DNA of 64,000 bases from assembly GCF_022539665.2 (NCBI RefSeq), contig NC_081332.1, positions 5,518,001-5,582,000 on the forward strand, read 5' to 3'. The notes beneath the pieces were generated by a model, which worked only from the letters and a program-made list of their open reading frames with translations, was not told the origin of the DNA and made no database searches. Below, in pieces: positions 1 through 10,929 of the stretch (positions within the stretch are counted from its first letter, which is position 1; each line of letters starts with the position of its first letter). The position numbers were made by a program, and so were the translations under genes. Source of the stretch: Daphnia carinata (taxonomy: Eukaryota).

Positions 1-8
1 ATCCACAG

Positions 9-769
9 GATTGACTCTATTGTTGCCCTACATTCTAACGACCCGTCCCAATTGGAGTTCGTGCAAACTACGAGTTTTCTGTTTAGCCAACCGCAAAGAA
101 GAGTTGGATAGTGAACAAAGAAGGTAACTAAGACGATTCCATTGCTAATAAATGTATATCTTAATTGCGGTTGTTAAATCAAGTTTCTTTTTTTTGTTCC
201 CTTGACCTTAAAGAATGGCCGCCATGTTGTCTAAATTCCGTATCGATTTTTCGGATGTTATCGTTATCACCGACATAACGAAGAAGTCGTCCGAATCGAC
301 GCGCAACTATTTCGACGGTCTTATCAAAAATTTCGTCAAAAACGAAGACGGGCAGGGTAAGTTGTCATTTAAATATCTACGTATGACATCGTATCGCACA
401 GAAACAATTTGAAAATCTTTGATGAGCAGATGCCAGAATTACGGAATCTGAAATGCTTGCCCTTCGCGACAAAACTAACCGCCATATGCGGCTCCGTGAA
501 CAGCTGCTTCTTCACTCCAAGACTTCCAATCTGATTGTCATGTAATTATTCCCCCCCCCCCTTCCCCGAAACAGCAGACAGGATACCTTATCTTGTGGTT
601 ATTTTCTTTTTTTTTTTTCTATACTTTTTCTAGGACGCTTCCAATGCCTCGAAAGGGAACGGTGAGCGCCCCGCTGTATATGGCCTGGCTGGAATTATTG
701 ACGGCCAACATGCCTCCGTTCCTGCTCGTCCGCGGCAATCAGACATCCGTTCTCACTTTCTACTCGTAA
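9..769 (+). CDS. 3' end of an SLC12 cation-chloride cotransporter (NKCC-type), partial; exons 9-123, 214-356, 430-541, 634-769
   Basis: Spliced translation gives [38 protein letters not shown] and [34 protein letters not shown]. This is the characteristic NKCC/SLC12A1-3 C-terminus. All introns are GT-AG and in phase. Confidence 0.93.
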
Positions 770-2743
770 AAAGAAACGACGAGGGAAATTACTACCGGCA
801 TAGCCGCCGCCCTGATCTAGAGGGACGAGGGGGAAAAGCTAGAGGATGAGTTCTTCGGTGCAGTATGTGGTGCAAGTCTGAGCAAACATCACTGTACCGT
901 CGGATAACATCTACAAAATATTCTTAGTTGACTACATTTTCTGTAGTGCTCCTTCATACCTCCCGGACTCTTCGTGTACTTAGAACTCAGTAGGGGTAAC
1001 GTTTCTTTTTTTATTATTATTTCTTTCATGGTGGTGCGTTTCATTTAGACATATCTATTTGTTTCAATACCAGTCCGGATTGTCACTTTTTTTTTTAAAG
1101 CTTGATTTATACTGGTTATCAACAAAACATTTTCAACCAGATGTTCCTAATCATACATTTGTTTTTTGTTTTTTGTTTTTTGTTTTTTTTTTAATGGGGA
1201 AGAAGGGAGGATATTGGACTGTTTGTTTTTATTCTATTCTGTTGCGAGAAAAATAATTAACGCGTGCCTTAATAACTTAGTGTCTAAGCTTTCGAACTCG
1301 ATTTAGATTCAGAAATAAACAAATTACATTCCAGAATATTGTTCAAAAATTATGTTTAGTCTGTGAAGCAGGGATAAAGGGAAAACTACTTTCTGCTGGT
1401 GCTAAAAATGTTAGAAACTCGACTTGTTCTCAGTAGTAAACCTTAAAAGAAAATACGGATATTGCTGATTATGAAATTCGTGTGACGTGAGCGTTTTTGT
1501 TCCCAAAACACTCTCTGTGTCCGTGTTTAGGTCATCGTTGGCTGGTTTTGCACCCTCGCCAACTATAAATAACTTTTCTTTGGATGGGGGAAGGGTAGGT
1601 TGGGGGGAAATCTCAGAAGCATTGGTGCTGAAACCTTTGTTAATCAAGCCATTCTGTTTCCCAAATTAACTACACAAATCCAATTAGCAATATAGGTGTT
1701 ACTGTTGTCAAAACAATCCATCAAAAACCAGGGCCAAATGCCAGACAGGGTCACCTTATGGTCGTAAAGATTAGTTATAAGGATTCCTAGCTAAAGTAAA
1801 TACTTAATCTATTTGGCGTATTTTATGACACACTAAATGTCTCCAATCAGTTTAAGCCTTCAACAGTTGCAATCCAGCAATAAACATTTCTTTGTTTTGT
1901 TTTCTTATCAGTGGCCAATAAAATATTGTCAATTCGGCGCTGACGCCACCAGCTTTATTTTTAAAACCATGAAATTTGCCTTGTTAGAAAAACAAGCTTG
2001 GGTTGGCATTGATCCGTGACACTAATACTTGGAAGGTGTTATAATAATGTACCTCTTTCAAGTTTTGACGCCGGCTAACAGCAGTTTCATCCAGTAAGAC
2101 ATCACAGCGTCAGTTGAGGCAGTAAATCAGGAATTCAATTAGATGTGGACGTCCATGGTTCAGCTTTCAGTTGTGCTAATGCGGGCAGTGAATCCTGTGA
2201 AGTATCTGTAACCTCTAAACTGTAATCCGAGTCCGACTATCTGTCACTTCATCAATCGTCATCAACAACTGTCAAACGGTTTTCCCGTTTTAGTGCAGCC
2301 ACTAGTGTTAGTCTATTTGCTTTTTGGAGGTTTTAGCCCCAAGGCACAAGGTGACGCACGGAATTTCTGTGGTTTTGGACTTGGATTGGGGCGCATTCGG
2401 CAAAAAAATTATTGGAAGAGTTTATACAACAGGGACTCTTTCGGAAAGGTAAACTTTATCCTTGAGCTAATTTTTGAGCATTCAAGGTAGAGGTAACGTC
2501 ATCAAGCCGGTTAAGTTGTGTTTTTTTTTTTACTTCAGTCGTATCAAGGTAGGCTGTTGGTTTTGTCGCGATTAAACGCTTAGCTTTTGTTGAAAAAAGA
2601 AACTCTTTAGTCAGTGTTGTGTAAACGACGTTTTGAGTTTCACTCTATTAAAACAGTTTCACAATTGCGGAAAAGTGTTCTAGTGTCCAGTTTTGTTTGT
2701 TTTTATTTTTAAATATTTATTTTTGTTTTAAATTGCAGAGAAA

Positions 2744-3656
2744 ATGCCTTCTTCTAATCCAGTATACCAGCCTACTACAGTCACATATGAAAGGCATAAA
2801 GAATGGTCAACCAGCTACATCACTGAACGTGTATTTCCTGGCTGCTACCAAAAGCCACACCTTCAACGGTTACTGCTTGCTGGTGCCATACTTCTAGCCA
2901 TTTTAGGATTGGGTCTTGCAATTTATGCCTTGGTCAATGATGTCAACACACATAAGGATGAATCTGCAGATGTTGAACCAATGCCAACATTTGATGAGAA
3001 CTCGGATGAGAACATTGAACAAGAAGAGGTCCCAGAAACAAATGAATCACATGATCATGAAACAAATGTCATACTTGGATCAATTGGCATATGTTTGATC
3101 CTCATTAGTCTTGTGATGTATGTGGTATTTCTTCAACTAAAAGGCATGTGCCGAGGAATCTTACCACAGCATCACAGTCAAAGATCTGGAAACCTGAATA
3201 CTTCTGCTGGACAACCTGTTCACAGTGAAACAAGCCATCAGACAGCTATTAGCTACAAGGGAGTACAGGTAAATAAAAAGAATTCATTTAGATCTGAGTA
3301 ATTTCATTGGTATCCTTCAGCAATTTAATGCCAACAATTGTTTCCAATTTTCAGCAAGAACCAGGTGCACTGAATCTTGAACCTGCTGCTCCAATTGAAG
3401 AGGAGAGACACTCACTAATGGACAGTAAATTTCAGAGGTAAGTTTATCATCTTGATTAGCTTATTGATGTTGAAATTAATACTCTTAACATGATTTGGCG
3501 TTGTAACTAACGTACTGACCGCATGGTTTAGATATCAGTGAGTGTTGTGTTTTTTACTACTATTTAACACGTTTTTGCAGTGAGGATACAGAGCGGATGA
3601 TGGATGACGATCCTCGTATCGTTCTTAAGCCACTCCGCACAGCGGAAGAGGCTTAA
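2744..3656 (+). CDS. Uncharacterised two-pass membrane protein, isoform A; exons 2744-3268, 3355-3437, 3581-3656
   Basis: Two hydrophobic segments (LLLAGAILLAILGLGLAIYALV; VILGSIGICLILISLVMYVVFL) flank an acidic loop. GT-AG introns keep the frame to TAA at 3654-3656. Confidence 0.75.
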
Positions 3657-3967
3657 TAGATCGATCAAAGCAAACAAACCATCATCACTAAAACTCACGT
3701 ACATCCCATACCTACCTACATACTAAGGTAAAATTGGCCTATAGGATTATCATTCCCAAGCGCTTACCTTAGATACCTATTGGTATAGGAGTATGTTATC
3801 GTATTTTAGCGATTTTGTTTGGTACGTGAACTGTTACGCAACTGCTAACATCCTGTTGTCCTGTGTCTTGCTTGATTTTATTATGTTGAACAATTTCCTG
3901 TAAAAAACAGACTTTTTTTTACCAGCAGAAATGATGTTAAAAACCATATTTATCACTATTCATTTAG

Positions 3968-4232
3968 CACCGAAGCTGAAGCCCCTCCGATTCCCAAACG
4001 TAGCCGCAGCACGCCTAGCCGCTTCTGCAAGCGAGGCCGAATCGGCGCTCCTCTAGCTTCTACAGAAACTCTTTCCCCTTCGCTAGCATCTTCATTCTGT
4101 TCGGATATAATCTTCTTCGACGACCAGTCCAGTTGTCATGGCGACATGGATGAATCGAGTTATTCGCAGGTGCCCTCGTTATATTTACAGCCTTCGCCTG
4201 TACCTAGCCATAGCGGAGGTCATAGCGTTTGA
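3968..4232 (+). CDS. Alternative terminal exon (isoform B) of the 2-TM gene
   Basis: The tttag acceptor ending at 3967 is in the same phase as the donor after 3437. It opens an ~88-codon stop-free frame (S)TEAEAPPIPKRSRSTPSRF...GGHSV*. Confidence 0.6.
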
Positions 4233-4765
4233 TTAGCAACCGTAATGGCGTCCCTTACTACGGTTCATCTCCACCACATCTCCCTACTTTCAATAATTTT
4301 CTAATTACCGTTGCCTTGAAATGATTTTTGTAATTGTTTCCACTCTCAAAATTTGCGTGAGTTTTTTTTTTAGTGTTTTAACATTTTGTATTTTCCCTAA
4401 CATGATGCAGCTTGTCGTTTATGGTCTCCCATTTTTGACTAATCTCGCACAAAGGCATTTTGCCTAATGGGTTCTACTAATAATGGGTACTGCAGGTTAT
4501 TTTTCTCGTTGCGTTAAATGTCGTTTTTTTCTTTATCGTGTTCTCTAAATATAGGCCGATAGCAGTATGCTACTATTTCTTTAACCAGTTAGATTCTGTG
4601 CAAAGAGATACCGGATGTAATCAATCGTCTGAGTGATTCGGAATTGTGAACGCCCTCCACATTTGTACCCCTTTCTAATGTTATTTCCTCACAATCAATC
4701 ACATGACATGCCACGAAAAGTAAACGTCAAGCCAAAACCTACAATGCTTTCTGTTAGAACCACAT

Positions 4766-5934
4766 TTACGATAGCTCTTTGAACATGGAAATTATAACAG
4801 AGGAACATAAGAGACAAAGTAAAGCAAGCGATGCTTCTAGTCCACGAGTTCCGCTATCATAACCAAGAAAGGTACTCTCTAGCAAAAACTGTTTGGTTGG
4901 GTAGAAAACCCACTGTCCTTCCCCGTAATTTCTTAACCACCCTCCATTTGACAGATCGTAAGTCTTTACTTCGCTACTATTGATACCTTCCAAACGAATC
5001 AGATCGACAAGATCGTAACCTGTCGTAACAGCCCCGACTCCAGGCGAGCAGCCTAATGTCAAATGAGCTTTGCTGCCAAAACCGGAAGTTGGCTGAAAAT
5101 TTCCTGAATTATAGAAAACATTAAAACTAAATTGTAAAGGCGTCGCATAACCTATTTTTTTAAAGCGTACCCATAACGTCAGGATCTTGATTTGTAGTGT
5201 TTTCCTTAAAGACTGTTTGACTTTGGTAATGGGTAACGGGAGAGGTTGGCTTCTTTGCATTCACTGCCGATTGCGGAGGGTTTCCTTCCGTGTCGTTTTG
5301 ATTCCAAAGCAAGAGTTGATCATTTGTCAATTTAATACGGGCACCGAAGGTGCGAGGTGTCAATATCCAGCCAATAGAATGCAGGGTAGAAACTTGGTTT
5401 ACACTATCCTTGAAAAATTAATATTGGTTAAGATACTTTAACTAAAAAAAATTAGAAGGAACTATATTTTCAATTTGAAGTTCAATTCACCTTCACCTGT
5501 TGTTTTTCAGAGTATTCTTCAGCCCCAGGGCTGTAATTTGGATAAACACCATTGAACATTGCTGTGCAGTGAAGCACTTCTTCTGGCTTTTCCCTTGTGT
5601 AGTGTAATAAGATATCAGAAATATAGACTTTTTGAGTAAAGTTCTGTACATCTTTTAAGAAATCTGGAATATCTTGTAGAGTGTCTGCCAAAAGTTTCCG
5701 GCTTCTGCTCAAGAAACTGGAAGAATACTCAGGTTTTACAAACCAACCCCAGTACAAAGGTAGCTCAGCTTCATCAGCTTTAGATTTTTGGGTACCCTCT
5801 ACCATTGACATCATGATACAGCCAGGTAATAAAATCAGCAGAAGAGATAATGAAAATACATTCTGAAAAGGATAACAATTATAAGAAACAAAACATATAG
5901 GGAAAGCCATAGAATATAAATCAACTTTCACCAT
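4766..5934 (-). CDS. 2',3'-cyclic-nucleotide 3'-phosphodiesterase (CNPase)-like 2H phosphoesterase with predicted signal peptide and hydrophobic C-terminus; exons 5934-5932, 5862-5491, 5408-5171, 5103-4766
   Basis: Motifs LPLYWGWF, LHCTAMF (HxT 1), TPRTFGAR, GSKAHLTLGC (HxT 2) and AVTTGYDL parallel vertebrate CNP LPLYFGWF, LHCTTKF, TPKTTGAR, GSRAHITLGC and AVQTGLDL. Introns are GT-AG and in phase. The position of the start codon is less certain. Confidence 0.85.
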
Positions 5935-6165
5935 TTTATAGGCTTTTATAATTTCACAAAGTATTTGTCCACTTCTAGAACACACTAGCAAACATGTGAC
6001 TGCCACTATACTCTGTACAGTTTTCTGGTAGACAATTAAAGTAGGGCTCTATCTTTTAGATATAAACTACGTTAATGTTGTCTTGTTTGAACAGACTACC
6101 TACCTGGCAAGATATCTGTCTCAGATTAAATATCTTCAAAGGTTTTAGGGATCAAGAAGAGATAT

Positions 6166-6833
6166 TTTTATGGCAATCCGTTTTACCCAAAACAAACAAA
6201 AATTTTTTTTTCTGTTTATTGCTATGGCCATCTATTGGTCAGATATCTAGTTAATTCTCTATATACACACGCCGAATATTTTAGCTGCTTCGCGCTAGCA
6301 TTGCGTCAAATATTCGGTATATTTCAAAAACGATTAATTTAATGGAAAAATAGCAATTTTCTCGGAATCAGCATTGAGTTTTGAGTATATCCTGTGATAT
6401 TCAGCCAATTCAAGTGAGTGTCAGTTTTTGTCGAAAAAAAATTTAAGCCCGACTAATAAATAAGCCCGACTTTCTGCTGCATCGCGCTAGCGCTGTAGCG
6501 TACTGGCGCGAAATACACCGCTCAAATATTCGGTGTATTTCAAAAACGATTAACTTAATGGAAAAAATAGCAATTTTCCCGGAATCAGCATTAAATTTGG
6601 AGCATATCCTGTGATACTTAATCGATTCTGATTAGTGTCAGTTTGTGCCGAAAAAAATTTTAAGCCTGAATAAATAAGCCCAAGCGCCAGTGCGCTACAG
6701 CGCTGGCGCCATGCAGCAGAAATATTCAGTGTATGTAAAGAATTAACTAGAAAATTTACCGGTATGGCGATAGCAGTAAAACAGAAAAAAACCTATATAT
6801 TTTTGGGGGGGATAAAAACGGATTGCCATAAAA
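6166..6833. mobile_element. Non-coding foldback / MITE-like element with multi-block terminal inverted repeats and an internal ~160 bp duplication
   Basis: Perfect 19 bp inverted repeat at 6166-6184/6815-6833 and 13 bp at 6246-6258/6739-6751. A 36/39 inverted repeat lies at 6471-6509/6684-6722. Diverged direct repeats lie at 6306-6467 and 6522-6681. No ORF and no clear target-site duplication. Confidence 0.7.
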
Positions 6834-6839
6834 CACGTG
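6834..6839 (+). promoter_or_regulatory. Canonical E-box (CACGTG) about 85 nt upstream of the RRS1 start codon
   Basis: AACACGTGA is present. Ribosome-biogenesis genes are classic Myc/Max targets with promoter-proximal E-boxes. Function here is inferred only. Confidence 0.4.
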
Positions 6840-6922
6840 AGATGCAATGTTGACGGCGCAGATTCCCATCTGCCGGCGCAGTATTTAACTAGGTCGTATT
6901 AACGAGTCATAAGTATTCATTC

Positions 6923-8212
6923 ATGATGGCTGCTTCCATCGTTCAAAACGTGCTCCTGAAAGCAGCAGAAGATGAGGCTGAAAAACTAAAATCTATTCAA
7001 GTTGACAAAGTTGTTGAACTAGAATTTGACTTGGGAAATCTTCTCGCCTATGACATTAATGACATTGACGTTAACCAACTCAGGTAATGTGTTTGTTACT
7101 TTAATTTAACCCTCACGTTTTTTTTCATATTATACTGTTTTTACCATGTTCCGTTTTATTCTGTTTTGAGCAGATCCGACAAAGAGGCATTTCTTGCAAA
7201 CCTTTCAAGAGACAATGTTCAACTTCTGATCAATCAAATTTTTCAACTACCAACCCTCAAAGTAGACAATGAGGTGGTGATAAAATTGCCACCTGGAACT
7301 ACAAGACTCCCTCGAGCTAAGCCTGCTCCAAAAGAAAAAGCTCTCTCCAAGTGGGAAAAATATGCAAAAGAGAAAGGAATCACCAAACGCAAAAAGTCTA
7401 AAGCAACTTGGGATGAAGAGCTTAAGGTAAGTTGCTAGAACACAGAAGTTACTTGTGTTTCAAAATAACCATGCAATTCTTATCCTGTTGTTTAGAAATG
7501 GGTTCCACGATTTGGTTACAAGAAAGCTCTTGCTGAAAAGGAGAAGAATTGGGTTGTTGAAGTGCCAGGAAATGCACATAATGGTATGGATCCAATTGCT
7601 TTGCGTAAAACAAAAAAGCAAGAGTCAGTGGCCAAGAATGAATTGCAACGACTGCGAAATATTTCCGCCCGAATGCAGAAATCAAAGGCAAAATCAAAAA
7701 TCAGCTTAGAGCCCACCGAAAGACCCACAGCTGAACAGCTTAATCGATCAGTTTTCATTGCACACACTGCAACAGCATCAGTAGGCAAATTTCAACCCAA
7801 CCTGAAGGAACAAAAGCCCGTTTTAAAGAGTGGACAGAAGCGACATTTCGATCCATTAGTAGGTGATCTGAAAAAAGAAACAACAAAAAGGTAATAACTG
7901 CTTTTGAAACCGATAACGGGATATTAACGTTAATATCAAATGTTCTTTTCTAGTCTTGACATTTTGGACAAACTAAGTAACAAGAAACCTAAACTCGACA
8001 TTGAGAAGGCTGTAAACCGAGAGATGAACCAACCATCATCCGACTATAAGGGTAAAGGACTGGAAAAGAAATCTAAAACTCAATTGAAGAAGGATCTTGG
8101 GAAAAGAAAACACAAAGGGGCGAAGGATAAGAAATTTAGTGGGAAAAAAGGAGGTTCCGCTGGACGTGGCCCTGCAAAGAAAGGCGGTAAACGGACAGGA
8201 AATAAAAACTAA
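6923..8212 (+). CDS. RRS1: Ribosome biogenesis regulatory protein RRS1; exons 6923-7083, 7174-7426, 7496-7890, 7954-8212
   Basis: EFDLGNLLAYD, RDNVQLLINQIF, LPRAKPAPKEKALSKWEKYAKEKGI, KWVPRFGY, AKNELQRLRN, ATASVGKFQ and a Lys/Gly-rich tail. Confidence 0.95.
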
Positions 8213-8816
8213 AAACAAAACAAAAAATGAAACTGTTTCCATATACAATACAAATGTGAACTTTCGATTTTTCCAAAAACCATATTCTTCGACATTCGCA
8301 TCCTTTATAGCAATGCATTTATAATGCAATTTTGTGGGTAATCAAGTAATAAAAAAAAAAAAAAGGAAAAATCATCCTTCGAGTTTGAACAATTGGTAAG
8401 TGAAAAAGACTACTGATGAAGTCTGGTATACTAACACGATTTGCTCTTTCTACGGTGTACCAAGATAATTTAACAGAAATAGCAAATCAAAGCCGAACAA
8501 TTCATTCTACTACGGCTTAATATGATCAACATGAATTTCTAATGACTATTGAATCACAATGTCCTGTTATCAATTATGAAAAATAAAATTAATTTTAACA
8601 ATAAAAAAATTGCAGCGAATTGTTTTATTGTTCTACACGTCTCAAAAATAATTTCGCTATGTAATCGATGCGTTTGTGAGGGAACTGAGTGTCTATACCA
8701 TCCACAGCTAGACACGTTTCACACACACATCTCCGCATTGTTTATGTTTACATTTTCTATCATTATCTAACAAGCACTGACCTTATTTAGACAATGAACC
8801 AGAGGAACGCTTTCAC

Positions 8817-10591
8817 TTAAAGCCTGTAGTTGGCAAACATGCGGGAAAATCCAGGTTTAAGTCTTTCCGCGGTAGAAACGAGAAGCCAAAAATCTGACTC
8901 GGCTATCTTCATAGATTTTTTTAGTTGACTTCTCATCAGTTTCAAACTTTCTCCATTTCTAGAACAATTATAAAAACATTAAATTACATCTATAACACGT
9001 AAATTTCGTGAATAACAGACTATTACGGGAAAGGTTTTGACTGAAACGCTTTGATCACATCATGAGCTTGTAATGCCAATGCTTGATGGAAAGCTGCGAT
9101 AATCCTAGACCAGTGTTCAGTATTATGAGTTGCGAGCTGCTCCAAACACCAACGAACGTAGCGACTTGACTCACCACAGGGACGGAAAACACTTCTATTT
9201 TGGAAAGAAGAAAGGACACTCGTAATAACTCAAAAAAAGGTATTAACGAATTCACAGAGAAAAGTTACTATTCTAATTTACTCAGTGGAAAAAGGAATGT
9301 TTGGTTGTCTTCGTTGGATAATGTTGAATTCTTGTTCTCGTGAATGGCGCTGTTTACAGCGATAGTGTTCGTGAACGTTTCCAGAAAATCGTATCTTGGC
9401 TCTCTGCGTGAGGTCAAGTAGGGTTAACGGGAATTCGTTCAACAAAATGTCGGCTGAGTTAATGTCCCTAACTCCATTGATGTTTTCCAAAAGCCCCTAA
9501 AAAAGAAGGTGTTGGTATTTTTAAAGTAGCATTTACTTCTATCTGAAAGAAAGAAAATTAGCTTTATCTTGCCTTACTTGAATGAAAAGACCACTGGAAA
9601 ATCTATTGGCAGCATATCGTGAGCAAAGAAATTGGTGCCTGTCTGGAAGAAAAAATGCTAATACATCTATAGCCTAGAATTTTAAACAAATGGTGAAATT
9701 ATGTCTGTTACATAATTGTAGAGAGAAAATAAATGTGATACCCCATTGATTTGTTCTTCGCTTTTTCCAACAACACAGCAGGAACCCATTGTAGTAAGCA
9801 TTGAGGTAATAACAACATCCCAAGCTATCTGGGACTTTTTAAACATTGTTTGTTTAATTGAGATGGGGCTAGTTGGTGGAGATCTACTAATCCTTAGTCT
9901 GCAACTGTCTTTCAGTATCTGATGGATTTCTGCTAGCCATTCAGAAACAATTGGTTCTTCATGGTAATTTAAATCCTGCAAATTAGCAAATTCTGAATTA
10001 TTCACAAAAATAAATAAAGGACAAAACAATTTCTCCAGAAACCTGAGAAAGTCCAACTTTAAGCCTCTCCACAGTTTTGCCCAGAAGGTGAATTATAAGA
10101 GGCTGAAGGTTCCAGAAAGCATCAAGGCACTTTGTATAATCAAACACCATGCTAAGTGATACCATATGAGGTTCTTCAATACAAATATTGTTGGTTTCTC
10201 CATAATTGTTTGAAAAGCACAGGCAGTAAAATGTTGCAGTCTGGGAGGCAAAACCCAGAGCTGGAACATTCAAAGAGATTTCATTTACTCCATCATAATC
10301 GGTATACTTTGTTTTGGCTAAGTGACCGGTCAGCGTATGAACAGAAATATATTTGGCAACTGCATCTTCATCAGCTTGCATGAAAAAAGGCTTCCTCGAT
10401 CCACTTGTTTCATTAGCTGAATCAATGACTCTTTCTTCTTTAATTTCAGTTCCTACTTCATCCACTTCATCAGCAAAGGATGTGTTTTCACCAGAAGACA
10501 TGAAACCTGAAGTTTGCCATTTCTTGAGAACTTTTGGACCTACAACATTATCCCAGGCGGCGAATATGAAACTATGTAGCCAATCCCCCAT
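8817..10591 (-). CDS. C9orf72: C9orf72 homolog (DENN-like protein), multi-exon
   Basis: N-terminal FAAWDNVVGPKV resembles C9orf72 FAYWDNILGPRV. The internal SGLFIQ|GLL and FPLTLLD and the C-terminal AERLKPGF resemble SGLFVQGLL, YPTTHID and AEKIKPGL. The 3' exons splice in phase to TAA at 8819-8817. Confidence 0.8.
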
Positions 10592-10929
10592 TTAACTCAC
10601 AAAAGTAACTATTATTTTGCAATGAACATAACGTTTGTTAGAACGACGTAATTTTCTCACGGTTTCACTTTACTGAGTAAAGTTTTTTCTTTACGATTAG
10701 GAACGTGGACACTAAAGAGAGGGGAAGCCTCTGCGCAGTATCGACATTGAAACTGCATGGCTTTGTTTACTGCTGTTGTCTAGCAACCAAAAGAACTTAG
10801 CAGACGACAAAAAAGTCCACGTGAATAATTTTCTGATTGACATGTTTTTGGCGCATTTTTGTTTTTGTTAAGTTAAAAGTTCTAAATGTCGGCTTAAAGA
10901 CGCTTCTCCGTTAGTTGGCTACTTCAAAA

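Noticed and set aside
2150..2275. TGATGA/CTGA motifs on the minus strand suggesting a box C/D snoRNA
   Set aside because: There is no terminal stem outside the boxes, no recognisable rRNA antisense guide and no clear intronic position.
6306..6681. Direct repeats considered as a CRISPR-like array
   Set aside because: There are only two long diverged copies with no repeat-spacer periodicity, in a eukaryotic context. An internal duplication in a foldback element explains them better.
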